Positions 9,783 to 18,555 of a stretch of 36,727 nucleotides of DNA are shown one piece after another (within the stretch, counting starts at the first letter, position 1; the number at the start of each line of letters is the position of its first letter). This DNA comes from a virus (taxonomy: Duplodnaviria; Caudoviricetes). The translations under genes were made by a program, and so were the position numbers. Where the stretch lies: the IMG/VR virus record IMGVR_UViG_3300034006_000006, positions 1 through 36,727 of that record; one strand, written 5' to 3'. The notes beneath the pieces are model-generated. The model ran no database searches. It saw nothing but the letters and a program-made list of their open reading frames with translations, and was not told the origin of the DNA.

Positions 9783-10048
9783 TCCAGTAGTGAGAGCTGT
9801 GACTCTCTCGTAACCGCCTTCGGTCGGCTCCCCCTTTTACCACGGGTTACTTTAGGCTTCGCAGATCTGGCCGGTTTCACTTTCTTCTTACGCGGTCCCT
9901 TCGGTGCTCCCCGTGGCCTAACATCGAATCCCAACATCTCTCTGATGAACATGGACTCGGTCAGGTCCCTAGCCTTCACCATCTGCTTGAATCTCCGCAT
10001 CTCATCATGATTCAGGTATGACGAAATCTTGCACAATTTCCCTGTCAC
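9779..10048 (-). CDS. CopG/RHH-like DNA-binding protein (possible relaxosome accessory)
   Basis: KISSYLNHDEMRRFKQMVKARDLTESMFIREML is a ribbon-helix-helix pattern; basic tail; divergent from the relaxase across oriT. Confidence 0.65.
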   Translation of the reverse strand: MTGKLCKISSYLNHDEMRRFKQMVKARDLTESMFIREMLGFDVRPRGAPKGPRKKKVKPARSAKPKVTRGKRGSRPKAVTRESQLSLLD

Positions 10049-10381
10049 AATTTGTCACTTCTCTTTCCGATCTGAATTTCTGACCTACTTATTCCTTAAT
10101 TTGTAGCCTACTTTTTCGTCCCCTGTTTTCATGCACCGCAGGCTTGAAACTGGACTACATTTTTCTATTCTGACCTCTCTATTTTTGCGCCGGTTTTATT
10201 TTGATATTCCCCACGTCTTCCGGCATCCGTTTACTTATTGCAACTTTGCTGCCCCAGATAATATTTATCACTCCAATCTCGAATCACCTGTCTTCCTCCC
10301 CTGGCCGGCGCTGGTTTAATCAACTCCCGTAAAAATCAATGGCGTAGTGATTGCGATAGCAATAACGGGTACGGAAGAAAT

Positions 10382-10404
10382 AAAAGTGTACACACTAGAC
10401 TTTT
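10382..10404 (-). promoter_or_regulatory. oriT / RSA site of a MOBV relaxase
   Basis: Minus strand reads AAAAGTCTAGTGTGTACACTTTT, a hairpin sharing AAGTCTAGTGTGT with the pT181/pMV158-family RSA core; 23 bp upstream of the relaxase ATG. Confidence 0.8.
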
Positions 10405-10427
10405 CCCCCAGGAGTTGAATTAAAAAG

Positions 10428-11780
10428 ATGGCATACGCAATCGCACGAATGGCGAAACAGAAGGGCGGGGGCATCGGGGCTTCCAGCCTCCACAACGTCA
10501 GGCAGAGAGAGACGCCGAACGCCGACCCCTCACGCGAGAAAGACAATCGTGTAATACTCGGCTCCGACAGGCCGACGCCTGAGATGGTCAGAGAGGTGAT
10601 AGCCGAGCATGGCGGGAAGCCCAGGAGCGATTCGGTAGAAGCTATCGAAGTGCTGCTATCGGCCTCGCCGGAATGGTGGCGCGACGATGACGATTCAATC
10701 GACCGGAAAAAAGTAGACCAGTTTTCTGCGGCAGCTCGCGAGTTCCTCAAAAAGAGAGAGAACGGTGGCATCTGCGTCAAGGCCATCCTCCACATGGACG
10801 AGCACAGCCCGCACGTGCACGCGCACATGGTACCCATCGACCCGAATGGCAAGCTCAATTGCAAACACTATTTCGGCACCCGCGGGAAATGTTCCCAATG
10901 GCAGGACAGGTTCCACCAGGAGGTGAAGCACCTCGGCCTCGAGCGCGGGGAGATAGGGAGTCGCGCTCGCCACACCACCGTTAAGGAATTCTACAGCGCG
11001 ATTGATAGAGACCACCGTATCAGAGTCAATTACGACAGGCTCCCGCAGCCTCCGAAGATGTGCCTGACGAAGGAGGCGGCGCAGGAGTTCAAGGAAGAAT
11101 TCACCAAAGCTCTGATTGCGCAGATACAGGAGCCGATCCGGACGCAGCTCCACCAGGCGATGCTGGCCAGAGACACCCGGAATAAACTGAAGGAGACGAA
11201 AGCGAGGCTGGCCAAAGCGCGCGAGGAAGTCTCCCGGCAGCAACTCATCGTGGCTGAGGAGAGGTATAAGAACGAGCTACTGAGAGAGCAGACAGGGAAC
11301 ATGGAGAAGCGGGCCGAGCGGGCCGAGTCTCGCGTGCAGGACGTAGACCACGCCACAGTGATGAAAATGATGGGCTACAAAGGATTGGCCGGAGCCAACC
11401 GCGGCACAATCGATTTCGTCAAGCCGGATAAGAATCTCATGGTCACCATCACGCCCGGCGGTGCCTTTAACCGTCAAGGGCATCTGATGGCTCGTACTGC
11501 CGTCAGTCTCGTCCAGCAGGTAATGAAGGCCGAGGGCAGGGATATGAGCAAGGAGGAGGTCGTAGGATGGCTTGCAGACCGCTGTGGACGTGACCACGCG
11601 TGCGCGGCTGCTCTGCTTGACCACGAGGACTCCATGACAGGGTATCTCAAACAACGCAGCTTGGAACGCGACAGGTCTTCCGTGGTGCAGGCTCGCGACG
11701 AAAGACTCTCTCGGCCTGAGCCGGAGCGAATACGCGAGCGTGACGTTGATCACGACCGTGATTTAGGGATCTCTCGCTAG
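10428..11780 (+). CDS. mobV: MOBV (Mob/Pre) relaxase
   Basis: MAYAIARMAK…HNVR…NADPSR…N, EVLLSASPEW, AILHMDEHSPHVHAHMVP (HxDExxPHxH), WQD, GLERG; coiled coil; typical RERDxDxGxSR tail. Confidence 0.93.
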   Translation: MAYAIARMAKQKGGGIGASSLHNVRQRETPNADPSREKDNRVILGSDRPTPEMVREVIAEHGGKPRSDSVEAIEVLLSASPEWWRDDDDSIDRKKVDQFSAAAREFLKKRENGGICVKAILHMDEHSPHVHAHMVPIDPNGKLNCKHYFGTRGKCSQWQDRFHQEVKHLGLERGEIGSRARHTTVKEFYSAIDRDHRIRVNYDRLPQPPKMCLTKEAAQEFKEEFTKALIAQIQEPIRTQLHQAMLARDTRNKLKETKARLAKAREEVSRQQLIVAEERYKNELLREQTGNMEKRAERAESRVQDVDHATVMKMMGYKGLAGANRGTIDFVKPDKNLMVTITPGGAFNRQGHLMARTAVSLVQQVMKAEGRDMSKEEVVGWLADRCGRDHACAAALLDHEDSMTGYLKQRSLERDRSSVVQARDERLSRPEPERIRERDVDHDRDLGISR

Positions 11781-11803
11781 TCATTCAATACAACCGAAAA
11801 GGG

Positions 11804-11843
11804 CGCGGCCCCCGACTGCCTGTGAAGACTTTCGGGGGCCGCG
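11804..11843. terminator. GC-rich hairpin between convergent genes
   Basis: CGCGGCCCCCGA…TCGGGGGCCGCG, a 12-bp perfect stem just after the relaxase stop. Confidence 0.65.
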
Positions 11844-11866
11844 GTCTATGCCTTTCGGCGTTTCGA

Positions 11867-12133
11867 TTAGCGACACAAGCGCTTGACTGAGCGTAGGACC
11901 TGAGGGCCTTGTACAAGAACCAGCCGGACTATCTCTGTTACGTTACTGTCGTCGGGATTTGAGTAAATGCCGTAGATTCCGATGGCGATGGAGACTGTCA
12001 GGGCTATGAGCCTCAGACACTCTGCCAGCTTGTCCAGAATACGGCGCGGTTGCGGTTTTGACGATGCGCGGTGAGTCCGCTTCGCCATTAAGGATTTACG
12101 CATGTGAAAGATCTCCGCCTCTTTGCGAGGCAC
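11867..12133 (-). CDS. small membrane protein (start uncertain)
   Basis: Basic N-terminus then a hydrophobic segment LIALTVSIAIGIYGIY. Confidence 0.4.
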   Translation of the reverse strand: MPRKEAEIFHMRKSLMAKRTHRASSKPQPRRILDKLAECLRLIALTVSIAIGIYGIYSNPDDSNVTEIVRLVLVQGPQVLRSVKRLCR

Positions 12134-12341
12134 AAGGAAAGTTGAGGGTTACAAACGGCACACGTGGACGCTATGAGGGATGTGGGGCAGCCTCAAAAGC
12201 TGTATGTCGTTCAATGAAACGACTAGGAAAGGACTCCCTAGCCTGGCTTCCAACTGCAAGAGCTGGCGCTCTTTCGGAAGCTGGTGGCAATCTATCAGTA
12301 ACTTAATTCTATGACAAGCGACCGAACGTCACTTCAACTAA

Positions 12342-13271
12342 TCATTCATCATAGCTGAAGGAATTGACTGGGTTTCTCTCCAGATTCTCTCTGCCCCTGT
12401 CATAGCGCTGCACGGTCTTCGGGTCCCGGTGCTTCGTCACCATCTGAATATCCCGGTAGCTGTAGCCCTTATTGAGAAGGTGTGTGACGACTGTGCGCCT
12501 CAGGTCGTGTGGAGAAACTTTCCCCACGCGTCCGTAGTCTGCCCACTTCCCCACTATGTAATGCACCATCCGGGTGGAGAGCCCCTTGTCGAATTCCAGG
12601 CTCCTGTAATTAACCATGGGCTGGAATAGAAAGGCCTCAGGGCCGCCGGACTTGACCGTCTCGCGCCGTTTACTATCGAGCCTGAGGTAATCATCAATGG
12701 CGGCCTTCACGTCCGGAGGAAGCGGCCACTGCTCGGTGCGCCCGCCTTTGACCTTGCAGGTGAGAGTCCACCTGCCGGACTCCCACTTAATACTTGAGGC
12801 TCTAAGCGAGCGGGCCTCGCCGACGCGAAGAGAGAGCCGCAACATGAGGAGCATCATCGCGTAGTCGCGCGCGCCTTCAGGCTTTGATCTGTCGGGGCCG
12901 GCTAAGAGGTGCTTGACCTCCGTGGCTGAAAGCGCGCGGCCTTTCACCACATCGGAGCTGCGCGGTGCCGAGACGAGCTTTGTAGTCGCCGGATTACGAG
13001 AGACTAAGCCTCCATCTCGGAGATAGTCGAAGAGCGAGCGAACGACGCAGAGCTTGAAGATGATGGTTGAATCTTTAAGATTGCGCGCGCGCAGGCGGTC
13101 GCGCCAAGCGGCCACGTGCGCGGGCGTCACGTCGTTGAAGCCGATGGGGCCGACGAAGCGCGCAAACTCCTCTACGGTCGCGCGGTACTTGCGGCGCGTC
13201 TCTGCTGAGAGAGACTTTTCGACGAAGGGAGCTATGGCCCTCTGGTCGAATCTTTGAAGAGAAGCGGACAT
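12342..13271 (-). CDS. XerC/D-like tyrosine recombinase (probable resolvase/integrase)
   Basis: N-terminal SAM-like domain; catalytic set LRVGE, KGG, HDLRRT, KH, and RY. Confidence 0.92.
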   Translation of the reverse strand: MSASLQRFDQRAIAPFVEKSLSAETRRKYRATVEEFARFVGPIGFNDVTPAHVAAWRDRLRARNLKDSTIIFKLCVVRSLFDYLRDGGLVSRNPATTKLVSAPRSSDVVKGRALSATEVKHLLAGPDRSKPEGARDYAMMLLMLRLSLRVGEARSLRASSIKWESGRWTLTCKVKGGRTEQWPLPPDVKAAIDDYLRLDSKRRETVKSGGPEAFLFQPMVNYRSLEFDKGLSTRMVHYIVGKWADYGRVGKVSPHDLRRTVVTHLLNKGYSYRDIQMVTKHRDPKTVQRYDRGRENLERNPVNSFSYDE

Positions 13272-13272
13272 A

Positions 13273-13578
13273 TTAGCCCTGCTCAGATGCCAGATTATCG
13301 TTGCCCCTTAGCTGAAGCACTATTGAAGAATGGCCATGCTCTTTCGCATATTTATCAATGGCCATAAAGAGAGCATCTACATTACCGTTACACCGGGCCG
13401 CCCAGTGGATAACAAGCTGCTTCGGGCTGGCGTTCTGTGCCTGCGCCTCTGTTCTGCCCGTTTCCCCTGTCTCGTACTCAACTGAGGCTACAAAAGGCAT
13501 TCCCAGCTCCTCGCAGCGCTTTGCAATGGCTAATAGCTGTGGAGCGATTTCATTGTCATAGATTGTTTCGTTGTGCAT
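13273..13578 (-). CDS. hypothetical protein
   Basis: 101 aa, abuts the recombinase start; GGAG upstream. Confidence 0.6.
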   Translation of the reverse strand: MHNETIYDNEIAPQLLAIAKRCEELGMPFVASVEYETGETGRTEAQAQNASPKQLVIHWAARCNGNVDALFMAIDKYAKEHGHSSIVLQLRGNDNLASEQG

Positions 13579-13810
13579 TTATTTCCGTCTCCGCATAAAC
13601 GACTTCATTCGTCTCGTTGTTATAAAGCCTGTATTCGCCGGGTGCTGTCTTATGCCAATATTCTAGCTTCGCGCGAGCCTCGGTTTCATCACTTCCAAGA
13701 TAAGTTGCATATCCCCAAGTACCTAAGGGGTAGTAGCCGTGCTGGGTTTCAAGTACCCAGACTTGGTTATCTGGATATTTCATTGGGTTCTCTCCTTCGG
13801 CCTTTCCCAT
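13556..13810 (-). CDS. hypothetical protein
   Basis: In operon; the second Met (MKYP) follows GAAGGAGA. Confidence 0.5.
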   Translation of the reverse strand: MGKAEGENPMKYPDNQVWVLETQHGYYPLGTWGYATYLGSDETEARAKLEYWHKTAPGEYRLYNNETNEVVYAETEINAQRNNL

Positions 13811-13822
13811 CTGTAATTCATC

Positions 13823-14218
13823 TTATTTACCAAATGCGGCTCTTAGAATACCTACAACTTTATCCATTTGCTCCTGAGCCCATTTTTCGACCATTGCCTT
13901 AACCTCTTCTTCGGTTTCAGCTTCAAACTCAGCCTCTGTCAGTGTGAAGAAGTCGGCGTCGGCGTCTAAATTTTCTTCGTCAGGGTCTGCCGCGCCGTGT
14001 CGTATGCCGAGGGAAGATTTTGCGCTGGGCTTAACATCAGGCCTGGCTTCGTTGCCTTCCCAGCTTACGACCCGACCGTTCTCAACATTCAAAAGGTCAA
14101 AGCCTCCTCCGCGCGGCCAGTAGCGGGTGGAGATTACAACTATAGGTGCGTCATAATCCTTCTTCCCTTGGCAATCATCAGTCCAGCGAGCTCTTAGAAT
14201 CAGTTCTTCAGTGACCAC
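13823..14218 (-). CDS. hypothetical acidic protein
   Basis: 131 aa, GTG start with strong AAGGAGGAG RBS. Confidence 0.65.
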   Translation of the reverse strand: MVTEELILRARWTDDCQGKKDYDAPIVVISTRYWPRGGGFDLLNVENGRVVSWEGNEARPDVKPSAKSSLGIRHGAADPDEENLDADADFFTLTEAEFEAETEEEVKAMVEKWAQEQMDKVVGILRAAFGK

Positions 14219-14526
14219 GTATCTCCTCCTTTTCAGGAAACTCCCATTTCCAGAAATGCCATGCTAAAAGAAAAGCTGCGCTATATAGCGGCCTCACTTT
14301 TCCTCAATATTTCGCTATTCCCGAGTGTTTTCATGTTTCACAGGGTTTCACGCGGAACGGCTAACAGTTCAATGCGCCCGCTGATTGGTTACCAAGTCAA
14401 GTAAACGGTCATTTTCGACCTGTTTTGTCAAGCATTCCGGTCAGTTTGCTAAATTGTTCAAGTTATCGTTTTGGTAATAAAACGGGATAATATCCCGAAG
14501 GTTTACCAGAGGCTGCTCAAGTTGCG

Positions 14527-15513
14527 TTATTCGCCGTTTTCGGCCTGTTTTGTCAACTTTTCATGCCTGCACCGCTTAATCCCCTTCTCAGGCCCTTCAG
14601 GGTAGTACCAGGTAGACCCGCCGCAGTCGGGACAAGCCTTGATCTGTTCTTCAGTCAGGGCCTGTGCGGCGGGCATCTGGGGAGCTTCAGTTTGTTCGCT
14701 GGCGAGCTGCGCCTTGTCCTTCTTCCAGAGACGGCGCCTGAGGTGCTCTGCCAGGAAAGCAGGCAGGCTTGAGACGGTCGTACGCGCCGCAGCAATCTTC
14801 GCTTCCATCACCAACACTTCTGCCAGTTCTTTCCAACGCTCACTCTCAGTAGGTGATGGCTCCCTGCCCGTGATCTCCTTTGCGGCCTGTTTCAATGTTT
14901 TGTTCAGACCGGCCAGCGCAGCGTCATCATCATCAATTCTTTTGTCTTTAATACTTGTATTTAATTGTCTGGTAGAATTTGACTCAAGTACTCCACTACT
15001 TTCGACCCGAGTACTAGAGTGGTCTGGTACTCTAGTACTAGACCTGTCGAGAATAATATATTCATCCCCAAGAGGGTCGTTGTTCCTGCTTATCTTCTTA
15101 ATAATACCTTTTGATATAAGACCGAAAAGGGCAATGCGAACAGTCTTCGCCGAACTATAGCCCGTTCGCTCTTTTAATTTGGAGACTCGGATCTGCCTGC
15201 GATCTGTGTTGAAGCCAATCGTGAGGCGCAGGAGATGATCCAGCACTTTGCTTTCCGCAGGCGTTAAGGTTCTATCCAGACTGTCTACAGTCTCGTTGGA
15301 CTTCCTGTAAAAGTTCGACTGTGGTACTAGACCGCCCTGGTACTCTGGTACTAGAGTAGTAGGTGAAGGCTTTTCCTCAATAATTGGCGGTGTTTCAAGG
15401 TTAGCACTCTGGGACTCTAGTACTCTAGTACTAGAGTCTTTTTTCTGCTCCTGCTTCTTACGCTCGCTTATATCGTAGAGGGCGGCGTATCCCCGCTTAT
15501 TGGATTGACTCAT
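14527..15513 (-). CDS. replication initiator, phage O-like winged helix, with C-terminal Zn motif
   Basis: LTPAESKVLDHLLRLTIGFN…SKLKERTGYSS…LISKGII resembles the O-family wHTH. A repeat-encoded linker (SSTRV) follows, then a helical domain and CPDCGG…CRH. Confidence 0.72.
   Translation of the reverse strand: MSQSNKRGYAALYDISERKKQEQKKDSSTRVLESQSANLETPPIIEEKPSPTTLVPEYQGGLVPQSNFYRKSNETVDSLDRTLTPAESKVLDHLLRLTIGFNTDRRQIRVSKLKERTGYSSAKTVRIALFGLISKGIIKKISRNNDPLGDEYIILDRSSTRVPDHSSTRVESSGVLESNSTRQLNTSIKDKRIDDDDAALAGLNKTLKQAAKEITGREPSPTESERWKELAEVLVMEAKIAAARTTVSSLPAFLAEHLRRRLWKKDKAQLASEQTEAPQMPAAQALTEEQIKACPDCGGSTWYYPEGPEKGIKRCRHEKLTKQAENGE
14987..15437. repeat. iteron-like GTACTAGA / TACTCTAG repeats within the initiator gene (candidate origin)
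   Basis: GTACTAGAG at 15011, GGTACTCTAGTACTAGAC at 15026, GGTACTAGAC at 15323, GGTACTCTGGTACTAGAG at 15339, ACTCTAGTACTCTAGTACTAGAGT at 15414; AT-rich tract at about 14935-14965. Confidence 0.7.
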
Positions 15514-16312
15514 TCACCACCTCTGCTGTGATTAAATCTTCCTCCATCATCCCGCCGATAGTAATAGCGTTCATGCAGACTTTAACCACCTCGCGGGGGA
15601 CGCCTTTTGAAAGCTCATAAATTAAATTCAGCGCATCTGGGGCGAAAAGAGGGGCATGGCGTCCTACGACGGAAAGTCGAAAGGCAATCATATCGGCAGT
15701 CTCTTCAGGAGTCAGAGGATCAAGAGTAGCCACGGCTGCGGCGCGTGAAACCAGGGCCCGCTTGAGTTTCAGCTTGTTTCGCAGGTTATTCTGTCCGGCG
15801 AGTATAATTTGAACCAACTTCCGGTCGTCACTTTCAAAGTTGGTAATCTGCCGTATCAACTCAAACTGCTCGCCCCGCATCATTTGCGCCTCATCAATAA
15901 GAATGAGCACGTTCCGATCGGCGGCAAACCTATCCACAAGATGGCCCTCTAGCTCCTGCATCTGGTCAAGTTTCGACGGACGACGAGGAAGCCCGAATTC
16001 ATCCGTTAGCCGCTTTAATAGTTGGAGGGCAGTGGGGTAGTCGGGGTTGGTGACAAGCAGCGTCTCGTACGCTTCCTGGTCTTTATAAAGGCCGTAGAGG
16101 CGGCGAATAAGAGAGCTTTTCCCATGACCGACGTCGCCATACAGGACAGCAAATCCCTGCCGGCGCTCCATGACATAGCGAAGTTTTGCCAGAGCAGCTT
16201 TATGCTGATTGGTGAGATATAAAAATCTGGGGTCTGGTGAAAGGGAAAAGGGGTCTTCTGCTAAACCATAACGACCTAACACCTCGTCGGCAATGGTCAT
16301 TGCTTTGGCCAT
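15497..16312 (-). CDS. ExeA/GspA-like AAA+ ATPase (AAA_22 type)
   Basis: YGLAEDPFSLSPDPRFLY…H, Walker A GDVGHGKS, Walker B LILIDEAQ, LVQIILAGQ, SKGVPREV; AGGAG RBS. Confidence 0.88.
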   Translation of the reverse strand: MAKAMTIADEVLGRYGLAEDPFSLSPDPRFLYLTNQHKAALAKLRYVMERRQGFAVLYGDVGHGKSSLIRRLYGLYKDQEAYETLLVTNPDYPTALQLLKRLTDEFGLPRRPSKLDQMQELEGHLVDRFAADRNVLILIDEAQMMRGEQFELIRQITNFESDDRKLVQIILAGQNNLRNKLKLKRALVSRAAAVATLDPLTPEETADMIAFRLSVVGRHAPLFAPDALNLIYELSKGVPREVVKVCMNAITIGGMMEEDLITAEVVNESIQ

Positions 16313-16517
16313 TCAGCTCCTCCTATCAAGCCTATATACCACAAGCAAGTGGAATAGCAAAACAAAATAAGGACTATAGTACTGAAATGAGTGTAATCCG
16401 GGCTTAGCTAGGAGGGTATGAAGGGAAGAGAAGTGGGTACTCAAAATGTTTTTGAGTTGAGACTAGCACGTCAATGAAATCTGGAAAGTAAAATGTTGGT
16501 GTGCTATTTTCTCGCGC

Positions 16518-16679
16518 ATGGCTCTAGTTTCATGCCCTGACTGTCAGCGCAAGATTTCGAGTACAGCGTGGTTTTGTCCTCGTTGCGGCTGGATTAACCT
16601 TCTCTCTCTGATTGTTTTCTTTATCGCCGCGTTAGCGTTATTTTTTATCGGATTGAAAATCTACAACACCTATTTATAA
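16518..16679 (+). CDS. zinc-ribbon + transmembrane microprotein (53 aa, not in the ORF track)
   Basis: Manual translation: MALVSCPDCQRKISSTAWFCPRCGWINLLSLIVFFIAALALFFIGLKIYNTYL. Confidence 0.75.
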   Translation: MALVSCPDCQRKISSTAWFCPRCGWINLLSLIVFFIAALALFFIGLKIYNTYL

Positions 16680-16700
16680 CATTCTTGCCATTACATGCTT

Positions 16701-16883
16701 TTATTGCTGGCTACTTAATTCCGCAAACAGCCATACAATTAAGACCAGGGCCATCAGAGCCAGAATCAAGCGCCACATTGTCATACGGCTGATTAGTATA
16801 CCTGTTGCCCGGCCACAATTAGGGCAGGCTTTCGCTTGGTCGGATATTTCCTTTTGGCAGTCTGGGCATGGATAAAGAGCCAT
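16701..16883 (-). CDS. zinc-ribbon + transmembrane microprotein
   Basis: MALYPCPDCQKEISDQAKACPNCG followed by a hydrophobic helix; GAGGGG before the ATG at 16883. Confidence 0.75.
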   Translation of the reverse strand: MALYPCPDCQKEISDQAKACPNCGRATGILISRMTMWRLILALMALVLIVWLFAELSSQQ

Positions 16884-16941
16884 CAGCCCCCCTCTACATA
16901 TACGCATTTTAATTGGCCTTCAAAGCCAAATTCCTTCGACT

Positions 16942-17556
16942 CTAATTTTGTCGCATCTCTTTCTTCAATTCTCGCTCAGCTTCATTTATATCTTTACGAG
17001 CGTCACTGCAATCATCCTCTTCCATTTTGCTACAATCCAGACACCAAATAAGACTTAACGAGGCATTAACAATTGCCATGCCTGCCGGACTCAACATCCG
17101 TTTGTACTCATCTCTTACTGCTTTAGCCCGAGGCTTAAGCAGGTTCATCATTTTAATGCATTCCGCGAAACTCTTCTCCCAACCTCTATACTCCAAATCT
17201 TTATTCTCTCGATCTTTCTTCACCCAATCTTTACGCAAGGCTACAAGCTTACGCGCTTCTAGCTCAATGGCCTTAACTTCATCCAGCCGCTGGCGAAGTT
17301 CTGCAACGCTCATTTGATTGTTAATCTCGGAATAAAGAGAATCTGTATTTGTTGGACTATTCGAAGAACTGGTAGCTTCAGATTTGGGGGTTGACTGAGA
17401 CTGAGATGGTGATGCGGATAGCGATGTATCAGGCGAGTCTTTGTTGCTGTTCTGCCTAGAGGCACAATTAGTACCAAAAACCAGAACTGAACATGTTACC
17501 GAAAAGAAAAACAGCAGTTGAACTTTTTTATGGAGCCGCCCAAAGTGAAGAAGCAT
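16942..17556 (-). CDS. putative lipoprotein / exported protein
   Basis: Hydrophobic leader ending FGTNC, Ser/Thr/Pro linker, helical domain with several Cys. Confidence 0.6.
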   Translation of the reverse strand: MLLHFGRLHKKVQLLFFFSVTCSVLVFGTNCASRQNSNKDSPDTSLSASPSQSQSTPKSEATSSSNSPTNTDSLYSEINNQMSVAELRQRLDEVKAIELEARKLVALRKDWVKKDRENKDLEYRGWEKSFAECIKMMNLLKPRAKAVRDEYKRMLSPAGMAIVNASLSLIWCLDCSKMEEDDCSDARKDINEAERELKKEMRQN

Positions 17557-17653
17557 CGTTATACGCTCATCCTTTCGGGAGATTAAGGTAAAGCGGAACC
17601 GGACGATGCTAACACAACACTACTTCCAAGTGTAACACAATACGGCCGCACGA

Positions 17654-17696
17654 AAGCCCGGCTACCTACTGCATGACAAAGCAGGAAACCGGGCTT
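17654..17696 (-). terminator. hairpin at the end of the tail operon
   Basis: AAGCCCGG…CCGGGCTT stem about 50 bp after the last tail-operon stop. Confidence 0.5.
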
Positions 17697-17744
17697 GTAT
17701 TATTTGCAGGCGAGTCGTTTAATCAATCACGGGGTTCTGGCCGA

Positions 17745-18161
17745 TTAGGCCCCTGCACCTGTCTGAGCAACTTCTTCTACAGACTCTGGATTAATTACAA
17801 AGCCGGCGAAGGCTTCGCGCTCGAAGGGGCTTAAATTATCGGGTACTTCGGTCACATAATACGGCTCTATCTCCACCTCTGAGCGGAAGAGCTTGCGCCG
17901 CTCCTTATTCCGCTCGTTGAGCCCTTCCTTTGTGAATTGATAACCCCCTCGCTCGTCACGCAGGATGACACCCCTCTCATCCGTCGCACAGTGTTTGATG
18001 TCGATGTCTTCGACCAACTCTTTGTACTGGCTGTTAAGCTTCAGGGCCGGAGTCATCTCGCGCATTAGCCCGTAATGGAACTTGGTTTCCTTCGGATTGT
18101 TCTTGAGCCAGGTTGCGGCGACTTCTATGAATCTAAAGATGTGCTCATAGCTATGTTTCAT
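17745..18161 (-). CDS. phage tail-associated hypothetical protein
   Basis: Coupled (TAATG) to the upstream gene; distal to the fibre gene. Confidence 0.6.
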   Translation of the reverse strand: MKHSYEHIFRFIEVAATWLKNNPKETKFHYGLMREMTPALKLNSQYKELVEDIDIKHCATDERGVILRDERGGYQFTKEGLNERNKERRKLFRSEVEIEPYYVTEVPDNLSPFEREAFAGFVINPESVEEVAQTGAGA

Positions 18162-18541
18162 TACGCGTTCACAGCCTCCTCAAAGAATGACGTGCGGGTG
18201 TCTTCCTCCCCCTCGGTCGGCGCTGGCCCTTCTTTTGTCGCCACCGCAACGGCCCATGTCTCCTGAAGCAGCATGCCCACGAACGCAGGGTTAGCGGCCA
18301 CCAGCGCATCGAACTCGTCCCCCTCATACAGGTAGACACGCTCTACTCCCAGAATCGGCGTTCGCCCTGCGTCGTAATTCTCTACGGAGCTATAGACGAT
18401 ATAGGTGTAGCGCAAAAACCTTCTGTTTATATCCAAATTGAAATTGTTCAGACACCAAAATGCCTGCGGGTAATGTGTCCCGTCTTCTGAAGTGTAGGGC
18501 TGAAGTTTGCCCATCCGGGCTGAGTGATTATTTTGAGCCAT
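18161..18541 (-). CDS. putative tail-fibre chaperone/accessory protein
   Basis: Directly after the fibre gene, GAGGAG RBS; call based on position. Confidence 0.5.
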   Translation of the reverse strand: MAQNNHSARMGKLQPYTSEDGTHYPQAFWCLNNFNLDINRRFLRYTYIVYSSVENYDAGRTPILGVERVYLYEGDEFDALVAANPAFVGMLLQETWAVAVATKEGPAPTEGEEDTRTSFFEEAVNA

Positions 18542-18555
18542 GTGACGTACTCCTC

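Noticed and set aside
10131-10319. 62 aa ORF in the pyrimidine-rich stretch before oriT
   Set aside because: No RBS or motif; more likely intergenic regulatory DNA
14987-15437. Repeats considered as a CRISPR array
   Set aside because: Units are 8-18 bp, irregularly spaced and inside a CDS; no cas genes in the window
15497-16312. ATPase as evidence of a type II secretion system or Tn7/Mu transposon
   Set aside because: No secretin, pilin, or DDE transposase gene in the window
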